Shown here: positions 27,508 through 38,079 of the stretch, in pieces
Layout of the letters: every line of letters starts with the position of its first letter
Numbering within the stretch: the stretch's first letter is position 1
DNA from: an uncultured delta proteobacterium
GTDB taxonomy: Bacteria; Myxococcota_A; Polyangia; Polyangiales; Polyangiaceae
Direction of reading: 5' to 3'
Length of the DNA: 64,000 bases
Assembly: GCA_963806225.1 (NCBI GenBank)
Contig: CAWDXG010000004.1
Coordinates: 3,680,001 to 3,744,000, forward strand
Made by a program: the position numbers and the translations under genes
Notes under the pieces: model-generated
The model's database searches: none
Told to the model about the DNA's origin: nothing
Seen by the model: only the letters and a program-made list of their open reading frames with translations

Positions 27508-29121
27508 ATGAATCGACTCTCCCAGCGACAGCTGATGGGCATAATCGGGATCATCGCGGCGGCCGCCGTGGTGGGGCTCGTGCAGAGGGACTTCCTCGGC
27601 TACGCGCTCGGCCTCGGCGTCGCGGCCGCGATCATCCTCTACTTCTCCGGTGAGGAGGCCGCGGCGAGCGGGATCGCTCTGGAGCCGCTCACCGACGCGG
27701 TCCGGCGGGCCGCCGACGGCCGGCGCGTGGAAGCCCCCGCCGGAGCCAGCCCGGAAGCGACGCGCTTCTACGAGCAGCTCGGCGAGCTGAGCGACGAGCT
27801 GGGCTCGCTCCAGGAGCGCGATCAGGAACGCCTGACGCTCACCTCGAACGCCGCGCAGGCGGTTACCGACTCGCTGCGCTCGCTGACGGAAGGCGTCGCG
27901 ACCCAACTCGACGCCAGCGAGCAGACCGCGCGCTACATCAAGGAAATGACCTCCGCGCTGCGCGAGATCGCACAGCACGTGGAGGTGCTGGCCGCCAGCG
28001 CCGAGGAGTCCAGCTCGAGCATTCTCGAGATGACGGCGACCAACGACGAAGTCGCCGAGAACATCGTCGAGCTCGCAGCGAGCGTGCGCGAGACGGTCGC
28101 CTCCATCGAGGAGATGGCGTTCTCCATCAAGGAGGTCGCGAAGAACGTCGACGCGCTCTCGCTCACGGCCGAGGAAACCAGCTCGAGCATGAACCAGATG
28201 GACGTGTCCATCGACCAGGTGCAGTCGAACGCCAACGAGACCGCCCGCCTCAGTGAAGAGGTGGCGCAGGACGCCGAGCGCGGCGCGGAAGCCATCCTCA
28301 AGACGATTGGCGAGATCTACCGCATCAAGGAGAGCAGCCAGGAGGCCGTCGCGGTCATCTCCAACCTCGGCTCGCGCATCGACGCCATCGGACAGATCCT
28401 CAACGTGATCGACGAGGTCGCCGAGCAGACGAACCTGCTGGCGCTGAATGCCGCCATCATCGCCGCGCAGGCCGGCGAGCACGGCAAGGGCTTCGCGGTC
28501 GTCGCCGACGAGATCAAGGATCTGGCCGAACGTGCCGGTGCGAGCACCAAGGAGATCGCCGATCTCATCAAGACGATCCAGGCCGAGAGCAAGAACGCCA
28601 TCCAGGCCGTGGAGCGCGGCGCGCTCAACGTCGACCGCGGCGTCGAGGTCTCGAACGAGGCCGAGCGCGCGCTGAAGAAGATCCTGGAGAGCTCGCAGAA
28701 GAGCACGAACATGGTGCGCGCCATCGCGCGCGCGACGGTGGAGCAGGCCAAGGGCTCGAAGCAGGTCACCGATGCCATCGGGCGCATCGCCGAGACGGTG
28801 CAGCAGATCGCCGCCGCCACGGCGCAGCAGGCGCGCGGCTCGGAGCTCATCATGAAGAGCGGCGAGAAGATGCGCACCATCTCGCAGCAGGTCGAGCGTT
28901 CAAGCCAGGAGCAGGCGCGCGGCGGACGCCAGATCACGCAGGCCATCGAGAGCATCAGCAACATGGTCAACCAGCTCAACACCTCGCACCGCCAGCAGAC
29001 CCGTGGCTCCGAGTCGGCGCTGGGCTCGGCATCGCGTATCGAGGAAGCAGCGCGGGCGCAGGACGCAGCCTTGCGCGAGCTGATCACCAATACCGAGAAG
29101 CTGCGCAAAGCCGCGGAATAG
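27508..29121 (+). CDS. Methyl-accepting chemotaxis protein
   Basis: [36 protein letters not shown] hairpin-tip signature; two adjacent N-terminal TMs. Confidence 0.95.
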   Translation: MNRLSQRQLMGIIGIIAAAAVVGLVQRDFLGYALGLGVAAAIILYFSGEEAAASGIALEPLTDAVRRAADGRRVEAPAGASPEATRFYEQLGELSDELGSLQERDQERLTLTSNAAQAVTDSLRSLTEGVATQLDASEQTARYIKEMTSALREIAQHVEVLAASAEESSSSILEMTATNDEVAENIVELAASVRETVASIEEMAFSIKEVAKNVDALSLTAEETSSSMNQMDVSIDQVQSNANETARLSEEVAQDAERGAEAILKTIGEIYRIKESSQEAVAVISNLGSRIDAIGQILNVIDEVAEQTNLLALNAAIIAAQAGEHGKGFAVVADEIKDLAERAGASTKEIADLIKTIQAESKNAIQAVERGALNVDRGVEVSNEAERALKKILESSQKSTNMVRAIARATVEQAKGSKQVTDAIGRIAETVQQIAAATAQQARGSELIMKSGEKMRTISQQVERSSQEQARGGRQITQAIESISNMVNQLNTSHRQQTRGSESALGSASRIEEAARAQDAALRELITNTEKLRKAAE

Positions 29122-29123
29122 CG

Positions 29124-30933
29124 ATGACGGCCGCGCCGTCGGCGGCGCTCGCGAAACGCACCCAGTGGTGGCTCGTCCTCGCCACGGTCACGCTGCTGTC
29201 GCTGGCCTGGTTGCTGCTGGTTTCAGGTCCGCCGGATCTGATCGCTGACACCGCGCGGGACCTGCTGATTGCGCGTGATTGCAGCCAGCTCGGGCACTGT
29301 CTGACGGTCGGCGCCAAGACATCGGTGGACGGCATCTACCAGGGTGGAGCGTGGGTGCAGTCGATCGCTCTCCTGCAGTCCATCTCCGGCGGCATCCGCG
29401 CAATCCAGGCAACCGTCATCGCGCTGGAAGTTCTGTCGTGCGGGCTTCTGTTCGTGTTCCTGTCCCGGCGGGCTTCCAGCTTCGTCTCGGCGCTGGCCGC
29501 GCTCATCTGGCTTGTGGCTCTGTGCTACCTGGGCGATCACTCGTTGCTCTGGAACCACTCCGGCGTCGCGCTACCGGTCGTGCTGGCCGACGGCGCGTTG
29601 CTGCTGTTCGTGACCAGCCGACGCACCCTGGCGCTGTGCGTTGCGTCCTTCTGGATCGGCTTCGGCATGGGATTCCATGTGGAATGCGGCATCCTGGTTC
29701 CGGCCGGGATCGTGTTCGCGGTGCTGGCGGCGCGCCGCCCGTGGGTCGCGATGCCTGCGATGCTCTTGACGTTCCTCTTGGGGCTCTTGCCGACCTCGCT
29801 GGAGGCCACCCGCGCGAACCTGTTGTTTCTGGCTGGCTCCAGCGCGGCTGTGCCGTTGCTGGTGGCCATCGCCGTGCTGGTGGTCGCGGCGGCCGCCGGG
29901 CGCTCGCGATTCTTGAAGGCCCGGGGCGGGACGCAGCTCGCATGGCTCGCGGCCGCGATCATCGTCCCGCCGTCCGCGGGGCTGCTCTGGCTCGATCTGC
30001 GCGGGCATCTGGTAGCGATGCGCTACGCGTATGCCGCGCTGCCGGCGGCTGCGGCGGTAGCGGCCGTGGGCCTCGACCGCGGCTTTCGGAGTCTGGCTCG
30101 CCGCGCGGCGCGGCCGGGCGCCGCTGGGCTGTTCGCCGGCGCGCTGGTGTCGGGGCTGCTCTGGGCTTCGAGTCCCGAAGCAGTCCGGTCGCGGGTGTGG
30201 ACGGGCAGCGATGCGAACACCATCGCGGCGCGGCTCGAGACTTCCGGGTATTCGTACGATGCCGTGCGCTGGCACCTGCAGGGCCCCTATGCGTGGGAGC
30301 TGATCACGGTGCTCGCGACCTACCTGCCGCCGCCGCACGCGCCGCGGGCTGCGCTGGACACGCCGGATCTGCTGATCTTCCGGCCGCCACCGGCCGGCAG
30401 CAGGCCCGGTTCGATACTCCACCCGCCCGGTCGCCCGCCGTTGCTCGTTCGGAGCATACGCCCCTGGCTCGAACGTCACCCGCGGACAGGTCTGCATCCT
30501 GCCCGCTCGCGCCAGGCGCGACACGGAAGCGCGCTGCAGGAAGATTGCCACGCACCCGGAAAAGGCCGCTGGCTTCCGCTTCCGCGCGCGGAGCTACCCG
30601 AGGCTCTTCGACACCAGGACCAAGCCGCCCTACGTCGAGCGCTTCGTGATTCCCTTCCACTCCGCGGACAGCGACGCGCGCCGCTTCGTTCACGTGCTTG
30701 ATCACTCGCAGCGCTGTCGCTGGCTGATCATCGGCGTGCACGGCGCTTCCTACCGGGGCCGGCTCCCCGCGCGCGACATCGTGCTGGAGCGCAGCCACAG
30801 CGGCGACGTGACCCTGGCGCGTCGGGTCGACCCGGCCGCCTGCCCCGGCCAGCTCGAGCGCTACATGCGCCCGGGCATCGCGGAAACACATCCCGACGAA
30901 GCGCGCCTTCGCCGCGCGCTGGAGGCCTGGTGA
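29124..30933 (+). pseudogene. GT-C/PMT-like polytopic membrane protein, frameshifted near 30480
   Basis: DTARDLL acidic loop after TM1 and ~10 TMs. After LER the protein-like reading continues in another frame (GQVCILP...FVIPFH...LEAW, stop 30933). Confidence 0.55.
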
Positions 30934-31466
30934 TGCGACGGCTCGCGCTGCTCTTGTGCTGCGTGCTTGCGCTTCTGCTAGTGGGCGCGCACAGCGGCAG
31001 GCAGCCCGTCCTGCCAGAATCCGCCCAGTCCGGCTTCGAGCAGGTGATGCGCGCCGTCAATCAACAGCATCGGCTGGGAGCGGCCGCGCGCATCACGGAC
31101 ATGTCCATCCAACCGCGGAAGGTTCGTCTAGAGCTCGAGCTTCTGGGCAAGCACCACAGCCTTGCGCTGGTGCACCCGGGCGCAGGGGACCGCGGCCTGC
31201 AGTCGCGCTACTTCGCTTTCGTGTACGACGCCGACGAGTGGCGGGGACAGCGCGCGGAACTCCAGCGGCTCGCCGGGCTGCTCGACCAGGCGTTTTCCCG
31301 CACGCCGTGGGTCATCGCCGGCACCGACCTGCGCGACACGCTCCCGCGCTGGACGACCCAGCCGATCGAGCTCGGGCGCGGGCTCGCCCTGACGCTCGTC
31401 TGCCTGAGCTGGGTCCTCGGCCTGGCGGGCACCGGGCTGTTGCTGTTCCGGCGTCCTCAGCGCTGA
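30933..31466 (+). CDS. Hypothetical exported, C-terminally anchored membrane protein
   Basis: Signal peptide and C-terminal TM; TGATG overlap with the upstream stop. Confidence 0.65.
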   Translation: MRRLALLLCCVLALLLVGAHSGRQPVLPESAQSGFEQVMRAVNQQHRLGAAARITDMSIQPRKVRLELELLGKHHSLALVHPGAGDRGLQSRYFAFVYDADEWRGQRAELQRLAGLLDQAFSRTPWVIAGTDLRDTLPRWTTQPIELGRGLALTLVCLSWVLGLAGTGLLLFRRPQR

Positions 31467-33502
31467 CCGCGTGGCTGCGGCCGCATCCGGAGCAGGCGCA
31501 CCTCGGGCGGGCCGTGCCGGAAGTATCTGTTCGTGGTTCGCGGCGAGACGCGCGCTCCGGCTACCTGCGACAACGTCTTCTTCCGCGCCTCGGCGCACGC
31601 GCGACGCAGGAACTCGAGTGCCGGTCGATCCACGGGGCTGGCGCTCTCTGGGGGCAGATCAATCGAGCAGGCCGCCGATTCGTAGTAGTAGCGGCAACCT
31701 GGCCCTTCGAGGTCGCGTGCGGACGCAGCCATCAGCAGATGCAGTCGAGGGTAGGCCAAGGACAGCGGGCTCTTGTGGATGTCGAGGCAGCAATCCAGGT
31801 CACGATTGAACTGGCTGGCGCGCAGCGGCAGGCTGACCACGCTGCAGCCGTCCGGCACGCGCGCGAGATCGCGGCGCAGGAAAGCGTACTCGTCCTGGAA
31901 GGTGTAGCGCGCGCGGTAGGCCGGCGCGGCCAGCGCTAGATCGCCGAGCCCCGCCGCCAGGAACAAGAGCGCCGTGAGCGCCGGCTGCAACCACGCCGCG
32001 CGCGCCAGACGCGGCACCAGGCCGAGCGCCCATACGACGCTCCGGCCGCACACGAACAGCCCGCACGCCGACAGCATCAGGAACAGCGGGATGGTCGCGA
32101 GGAAATAGCGCGCTCCGAGCAGACCATCGTGCTGCAACGTGCGACCCAGCGGCACGAAGGCCAACGCCAGATAGATCGCAATGCCCGCGAGCAACCGCCA
32201 GCGGTTGACCAGCAGATACAGACCACCCGGCACCGCCAAGAGCACGGCGAGCGGCGAGACCCAGTGAGGCGGCGAGAACGCAACGTCCGGATACTGGAGG
32301 ATCAGCTGGGAGGCTGCACTCCGGATGCCGTCCGCGTCGGGCATCGGGTGATGCGAAGGCACCACGACGAGGAAGTAGCAGACAAGGCCGATGGCAGCCC
32401 AGGCACCGAGAAAGACCAGCGACAACCGCCGGCGCTGCGACGCCGTCGATGCGGGCTCCTCGGGATCGCGCAAAAAGCCCCACACGGCGATGGCAAGAAG
32501 CTGCACCCACGCTTCCGCGCGGGTCAGCGCGACCGCCGCCAGCAACACGAGAGCCAGCGCGGCGTGCAGCTTCGAACCGAGCCGCTCCGCGCGAAGCCAT
32601 AGCCACAGCGCGGTGAGCGTCAGCGTGGACGCCAGCACGTGCTGGCTCGCCGACGCCGAGATGCGGACGTGCAGTGGCGCCAGTGCGAACAACACGCCGA
32701 GCGCAGCACCCACCGTGATGGGCAGCCGCCGTTCCCGCGCGATGGCGACGGCTATCGGGACGGCCAGGGCCCCGATCACGGCGTTGACCGTGAACAACGT
32801 GGTGTCGCTCCACGGCAAGAGCGTCGACACCACGCGCTGGAGCACCAGGAACCCGGGACCGAAGCGGCTGCCCAGCGCGCCGGACGCCGGCAGCACCTCG
32901 GCATACCAGTTGGCCAGCGCCGGCTGCACGGACAGACGCAGGAGCAGCGCAATACCAAGGCCGGAAGCCGCGACGAAGAGCCAGCTGTACTCGCCTCGCT
33001 CGCGTCGCTCCCGGCCGAGAAAACTCCGGAGCAGAAGCAGCAGCGCCAGCAGCAGCGCCAGCGCGAACACACCTACCGTCAGCCCGGCGGCGGGCACGGG
33101 CGTCTCTGCCCCGCTGGCGCCCTGCTGCCGCGTCAGCACCAGCGTGCCCACGGGTCGCCCGATCAACGTGCGGAGCTTCGCGTAGCTCGTCGGGCAGCTG
33201 CGTTCGACAGTGGGCGGCACGCTCGCCTGGAGCTCAGCTCCATCCAGATTGGGCGAGCGGAGGCAACCGCTCGGCGCGATGAGCACCGGCGGCAGCATGG
33301 CGCCCTTTCGGCTCCAGGTGACACGGGTCGCGCCGAGCCGGGTGTGGACGTCCTCCAGCTTGCAACCGTCGCGACCGGACAGGTCCTTCAGCTCCTCGAA
33401 AAGGTGCTTCACCTGGCTGGGCTTCAAGGCTCTGTCGCACGGCCGGAAGCCGTCCGGCTCCGCCGCGCGCGTGGCGGGGGCGAACAGCAGGGCTCCGAGC
33501 AC
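31457..33502 (-). CDS. GT-C (PMT_2/GT39-like) polytopic membrane protein with N-terminal exported Cys domain; start uncertain
   Basis: Many TMs, LFALAPLHVRISAS, ALTRAE, GARYFL motifs. Confidence 0.6.
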   Translation of the reverse strand: MLGALLFAPATRAAEPDGFRPCDRALKPSQVKHLFEELKDLSGRDGCKLEDVHTRLGATRVTWSRKGAMLPPVLIAPSGCLRSPNLDGAELQASVPPTVERSCPTSYAKLRTLIGRPVGTLVLTRQQGASGAETPVPAAGLTVGVFALALLLALLLLLRSFLGRERRERGEYSWLFVAASGLGIALLLRLSVQPALANWYAEVLPASGALGSRFGPGFLVLQRVVSTLLPWSDTTLFTVNAVIGALAVPIAVAIARERRLPITVGAALGVLFALAPLHVRISASASQHVLASTLTLTALWLWLRAERLGSKLHAALALVLLAAVALTRAEAWVQLLAIAVWGFLRDPEEPASTASQRRRLSLVFLGAWAAIGLVCYFLVVVPSHHPMPDADGIRSAASQLILQYPDVAFSPPHWVSPLAVLLAVPGGLYLLVNRWRLLAGIAIYLALAFVPLGRTLQHDGLLGARYFLATIPLFLMLSACGLFVCGRSVVWALGLVPRLARAAWLQPALTALLFLAAGLGDLALAAPAYRARYTFQDEYAFLRRDLARVPDGCSVVSLPLRASQFNRDLDCCLDIHKSPLSLAYPRLHLLMAASARDLEGPGCRYYYESAACSIDLPPESASPVDRPALEFLRRACAEARKKTLSQVAGARVSPRTTNRYFRHGPPEVRLLRMRPQPRGQR

Positions 33503-33551
33503 AAGCAGCAGGACCAGGACGCGGTGGCGGGAGTAGCGGCAGGCGTCTAGA

Positions 33552-34052
33552 GTGCGTCGCGTGGCGTCACTGAAAGACCGGTTGGGCTGCGGCCTCGTTG
33601 TAGCTGGCGCGGGGGTCGTGCTGGTCCTATTCGTGATGTCGGTCGCGCGCACCGTGCAGCGCACGGAGCCCGAGCCTGCGCCTGCGCGCTCGGCACCCGT
33701 CGCGCCGGCGGACGCGCCGGTGGAAGCGAAAGGCTCACGCGCCCTGCTCGACGGGCTCGGCCCCGGCGACCGCGTGGAGGGCTGGCGCATCGCCCGCACG
33801 CGGATCGTCGATGGCAAGCGTCTCGCGATCGACGTGTGGCAGGGCAAGACGGGCTTCACGGTCTGGATCGCGCGGAAGGGCAGCGGCAAGCAACTCGCGC
33901 CGCGACAAACGGAGAAGTACGACTTCTCCGACGGCGAGGCGAGAACATATGGCGGGCCGATTCCGGACGGCGCCCAGAACAAGGTGCTCGACGCGATCGT
34001 CGCGCGTGTGAAACGCACCGAAGCGCGCGTGCCGACGCCACCCGGCCTGTAG
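33552..34052 (+). CDS. Hypothetical membrane-anchored protein
   Basis: 166-aa ORF with N-terminal TM and typical GC3 bias. Confidence 0.6.
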   Translation: MRRVASLKDRLGCGLVVAGAGVVLVLFVMSVARTVQRTEPEPAPARSAPVAPADAPVEAKGSRALLDGLGPGDRVEGWRIARTRIVDGKRLAIDVWQGKTGFTVWIARKGSGKQLAPRQTEKYDFSDGEARTYGGPIPDGAQNKVLDAIVARVKRTEARVPTPPGL

Positions 34053-34079
34053 CGCCCTACACGAAGCCCGCGAGCCGGC

Positions 34080-35291
34080 TCAGCGCCGGACCAGCCCCTT
34101 GCCGCGGGACAGGTGGTGCATCGCCTCGCTCAGGCCGTCGAGCGTCAGGTGATACATGGGGAACACCTCGCCGATCACCTTCGAGGTGCCACCGCCCCAG
34201 TACTGCGGCGGATCCGGGTTGAGCCACACGGCCTGCTCGAAGCGTTCCTTCAGCACCGTCAGCCAGTCGAGCCCCGAGAGCGCGCGGTCGCCGGCCGGCG
34301 AGCCCCACGGTCCGGTGCCGAGCAGCTCCCCCGGCGCCATCGCCGCGTCGCCCACCATGATCAGCTTCCAGCGCGAGTTGAGCTGGTCGGCTAGCCTCGG
34401 CACCTCGATAGGCTCCATCAGACTGTCGGTCGAGAACACCCGCCCGTAGACCGTGTTGTGGAAGTAGTACGTGCGCACTTCGCGGAAGTTCGACGCGCGC
34501 TTTGCCGCACTGAAAAGCTGCGAGCAGGTGTGGGCGAACGGATCCATCGAGCCGCCCACGTCCATGAGCAGAAGCACGCGCACGTTGCTGCGCCGCGGCG
34601 CGCGCGTGATGATCTCGAGCTCGCCCGCATTCCTCGCCGTCGCGTCGATGGTGGCCTCGATATCGAGCTCCTCCTCGACGCCCTCGCGCGTGAAGCTCCG
34701 GAGCTTCCTCAGTGCCATCTGGATCTGCCGCACGTCGAGCACCAGATCGGAGCGGTAGGGCCGGTACTTGCGAGCGTCCGCCATGCCCATCGCGCCGCCG
34801 CGGCCACCCTTGCCCTGCGAGCCGGAGCGCACGCTCATACCCGTCGGGTGGTAGCCGCCGGTGCCGAAGGGGCTGGTGCCGCCGGTTCCAATCCAGCGGT
34901 TGCCCCCTTCGTGCCGGCCCTTCTGCTCGCGCAGCCGCTCTTCGAACAGCTTCCGCAGCTCCTCCGGGCTCAAGTGCTCGAGCGCCGCCTTCTGCTCGTC
35001 GGTGAGGCCTTCCAGAACCTTCGGGTCCTTCAGCCACTCGTCCAGCTCGTCGTAGAGCTTCTGCGACTCGACCACGATGCCCTTGAAGTGCGCGAGGAAA
35101 GCCTCGTCGAACTTGTCGAGATCGGTCTCCGTGTGCACGAGCAGCGCGCGCGCCAGGTAGTAGAAGCCGTCAAGCGAGCTTTCGTGCAGGCCGAGCGACA
35201 TCGCCTTCGCAAGCTGCACGGCTTCCTGCGTGCCGACCTTGAGCTTCCTGTGGCGGAGCTCGTAGATGAAGGGAACGATGACGTCGCTCAT
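34080..35291 (-). CDS. VWA-domain (CoxE-like) protein
   Basis: WIGTGGTSPFG, LLLMDVGGSM MIDAS, YYFHN, VGDAAM, VWLNP. Confidence 0.88.
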   Translation of the reverse strand: MSDVIVPFIYELRHRKLKVGTQEAVQLAKAMSLGLHESSLDGFYYLARALLVHTETDLDKFDEAFLAHFKGIVVESQKLYDELDEWLKDPKVLEGLTDEQKAALEHLSPEELRKLFEERLREQKGRHEGGNRWIGTGGTSPFGTGGYHPTGMSVRSGSQGKGGRGGAMGMADARKYRPYRSDLVLDVRQIQMALRKLRSFTREGVEEELDIEATIDATARNAGELEIITRAPRRSNVRVLLLMDVGGSMDPFAHTCSQLFSAAKRASNFREVRTYYFHNTVYGRVFSTDSLMEPIEVPRLADQLNSRWKLIMVGDAAMAPGELLGTGPWGSPAGDRALSGLDWLTVLKERFEQAVWLNPDPPQYWGGGTSKVIGEVFPMYHLTLDGLSEAMHHLSRGKGLVRR

Positions 35292-35292
35292 G

Positions 35293-36951
35293 CTATTCGG
35301 CGCTGCCCGGGCCACAGCGTGCGTCGCCGGGCGTGGAGACCATGACGTCGTAGTCGCCCACATCGACCCGCGCCAGCGGCACCACCACGGCTCCCGAGAA
35401 ACGCCCGCTGTCGTCCGTCGCCAGGGACCCGATCGGGATGGTCCGTCCGGACGAGGTCGCGAGCTTGACGTCGACGCGGGCGTGCGGACATCCGTCGCCG
35501 TCCGCGACCACGCGCCCGCGAAGCTTCAGCGGTTCGCCGCGGCGCACCTGGCTCTCGCCGAGGGTCAGGCTCAGCTCTGCCGGAGGACGCTTGTCGTCGG
35601 CCGAGGGCGCGGTATCGGCCGGCGTAGACGCGGGCTCGGGGGGCTCGGCGGGCTTTGCGGACGAGCTGGACGCCGCGCTGCTGGACGAGCCGCCGGGCTG
35701 GCTACCCGAGGTCCGCGCGTGGTCGGCCATCTCGAGCCCGCTCCCGGAGCCCTTCGGCCACGGATAGGGATCGCGGGGCGGCGAGTGGACGGGGCGGGCG
35801 TCATCGCGCTTCAAGTCCAGACGACCTGCCGCACCGCCGAGGTCGATGCGATGCCAGAGGCTGCCGTCGTACACCTCGACCCAGGCGTGCGCCTCGTTCC
35901 TGATCATGCGGGTCGGCAGCCCCAGCACCAGGGCCGTGATGGTGAAAGCGTAGGCGCGGTGGCGGCAGACGCCCTTCTGCGAGAGCGCGAGCTCCTGGTA
36001 GAGCGCGGCGCCGCTTCCCTTCGGAAGATCCGACGAGGGCTGGAAATCGCGGAAGTGCGCCACCAGCGTCGCCACCGCGGCCCGCGGCGTGATCGCCTGC
36101 GACACCCCGAGCTCGTCGAGCACCGTCTGCGCGGCGGTCCGCGCGCTGTCGGGCAGCTTCGGCAGCGACCCCGCGAGCGTGCGCCACGACACGTCCGCGA
36201 ACGGACTGCCGAACACCGAGCGCTGGATCGCGAGCTGCAGGGTCAGACGCACGCGCTTGCGCACGGCGGCCTTGATGAACCAGTTGTCCGCGCCATCCCG
36301 GTACAACTGGAAGCGCAGCGGAGGGTCCACCGTGGCCGCAAGCACGCGCGTGCCGGGCCCCACGCTCGGGATGCGGACCGGCGTGTTCTCGGTCAGGTCG
36401 ACCACCATGTCCCCGTAGAACTGGTCATCGCCCGCCTGGACGCTGCCGCCGACGGGGATCGGCCTCAGGCGCTTGTTCGCGACGACCAGCTCGAGCTCTG
36501 GATCGACGGCATCGAAAGCGTACAGCCGCTTGAATGGCGTGATGGCAGGGCTGAACGGGTCGTCGTAGCCGACCTCGTCCGGACGCGTCGTATCGCGATC
36601 GATGCGGTAGGTCGCGTCGACGCTGTTCGGCGTGGAGCCGCCGCCGTAGGCCGTCCCGTTCCCGGCCGGGTTCTGCTCGGTGTCGGGCGCGGTCACCACA
36701 CCGCTCGGCGTCTCCAGCGCGGCCGGCATCGAGCCGCTCCGCGTGGTGGCGTTCAGGCGCAGATCCTCGGCGGGGTCGGGCTTGATGTATTCGTGCTCGA
36801 TGGGTCCGCCCGCCTGTGCCGGCACCGCGACAGCGAGCAGCAGCACCAGCAGCGCCGGCGCGCGCCACACAGAGTGGCGTCGGCGGGTCGCGGTACGCAG
36901 TCCGGGCACCCCGGGAGCGTAGGCCCGCGCGGCCGCAGCGACCAGTCGCAT
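35293..36951 (-). CDS. Exported transglutaminase-like domain protein (start 36951 or GTG 36870)
   Basis: KGVCRHR (Cys), HAWVEV (His), WHRID (Asp); signal peptide ALLVLLLAVAVPAQA. Confidence 0.85.
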   Translation of the reverse strand: MRLVAAAARAYAPGVPGLRTATRRRHSVWRAPALLVLLLAVAVPAQAGGPIEHEYIKPDPAEDLRLNATTRSGSMPAALETPSGVVTAPDTEQNPAGNGTAYGGGSTPNSVDATYRIDRDTTRPDEVGYDDPFSPAITPFKRLYAFDAVDPELELVVANKRLRPIPVGGSVQAGDDQFYGDMVVDLTENTPVRIPSVGPGTRVLAATVDPPLRFQLYRDGADNWFIKAAVRKRVRLTLQLAIQRSVFGSPFADVSWRTLAGSLPKLPDSARTAAQTVLDELGVSQAITPRAAVATLVAHFRDFQPSSDLPKGSGAALYQELALSQKGVCRHRAYAFTITALVLGLPTRMIRNEAHAWVEVYDGSLWHRIDLGGAAGRLDLKRDDARPVHSPPRDPYPWPKGSGSGLEMADHARTSGSQPGGSSSSAASSSSAKPAEPPEPASTPADTAPSADDKRPPAELSLTLGESQVRRGEPLKLRGRVVADGDGCPHARVDVKLATSSGRTIPIGSLATDDSGRFSGAVVVPLARVDVGDYDVMVSTPGDARCGPGSAE

Positions 36952-36965
36952 GCCGAGCGGGAGTC

Positions 36966-38068
36966 GGCGCAGCGAAGCAAGCCCGCGATGAGCGAAGCGA
37001 ATCGCATCGGGGGTCCGGGGGCGGTGAGCCCCCGGCGGAGGATTCCGGCGGGGGTGGGCGGGCGGGACACAAACCATCTCACGCCGCCCACCGCCGTAGG
37101 GCAAAGCGAAGCGAGCCCCCGCCCATTGCCGTAGGGCAAAGCGAAGCGAGCCCCCGCCCCGCGCCGTAGGGCGAAGCGAAGCGAGCCCCCGCCCATTGCC
37201 GTAGGGCAAAGCGAAGCGAGCCCCCGCCCCGCGCCGTAGGGCGAAGCGAAGCGAGCCCCCGCCCATTGCCGTAGGGCAAAGCGAAGCAAGCCCCCGCCCC
37301 GCGCCGTAGGGCGAAGCGAAGCGAGCCCCGGCGCAGCGAAGCAAGCCCGCGCCGAGCGAAGCGAGGCGCGTCGGGGGTCCGGGGGCGGTGAGCCCCCGGC
37401 GGAGGACTACGGCGGGGGTGGGCGGGCGGGACACAAACCATCTCACGCCGCCCACCGCCGTAGGGCAAAGCGAAGCAAGCCCCCGCCCATTGCCGTAGGG
37501 CAAAGCGAAGCAAGCCCCCGCCCCGCGCCGTAGGGCGAAGCGAAGCGAGCCCCGGCGCAGCGAAGCAAGCCCGCGCCGAGCGAAGCGAGGCGCGTCGGGG
37601 GTCCGGGGGCGGTGAGCCCCCGGCGGAGGACTACGGCGGGGGTGGGCGGGCGGGACACAAACCATCTCACGCCGCCCACCGCCGTAGGGCAAAGCGAAGC
37701 GAGCCCCCGCCCACCGCCGTAGGGCAAAGCGAAGCGAGCCCCCGCCCATTGCCGTAGGGCAAAGCGAAGCAAGCCCCCCGCCACACGCCGTAGGGCGAAG
37801 CGAAGCGAGCCCCGGCGCAGCGAAGCAAGCCCGCGCCGAGCGAAGCGAGGCGCGTCGGGGGTCCGGGGGCGGTGAGCCCCCGGCGGAGGACTACGGCGGG
37901 GGTGGGCGGGCGGGACACAAACCATCTCACGCCGCCCACCGCCGTAGGGCAAAGCGAAGCGAGCCCCCGCCCATTGCCGTAGGGCAAAGCGAAGCAAGCC
38001 CCCGCCCATTGCCGTAGGGCAAAGCGAAGCAAGCCCCCCGCCACACGCCGTAGGGCGAAGCGAGCCCC
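36966..38068. repeat. Hierarchical REP/BIME-like tandem array: 4 x 127-bp head plus 7/3/4/4 copies of a ~35-bp GTAG hairpin unit
   Basis: Heads start at 36966, 37330, 37554 and 37814; unit GCCGTAGGGC(A/G)AAGCGAAGC(G/A)AGCCCCCGCC-N5, 18 copies. Confidence 0.9.
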
Positions 38069-38079
38069 AGCGCGGGATG

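Noticed and set aside
36966..38068. CRISPR array
   Set aside because: The ~35-bp units abut each other with no unique spacers (only a 5-nt variable linker), and there are no cas genes in the window
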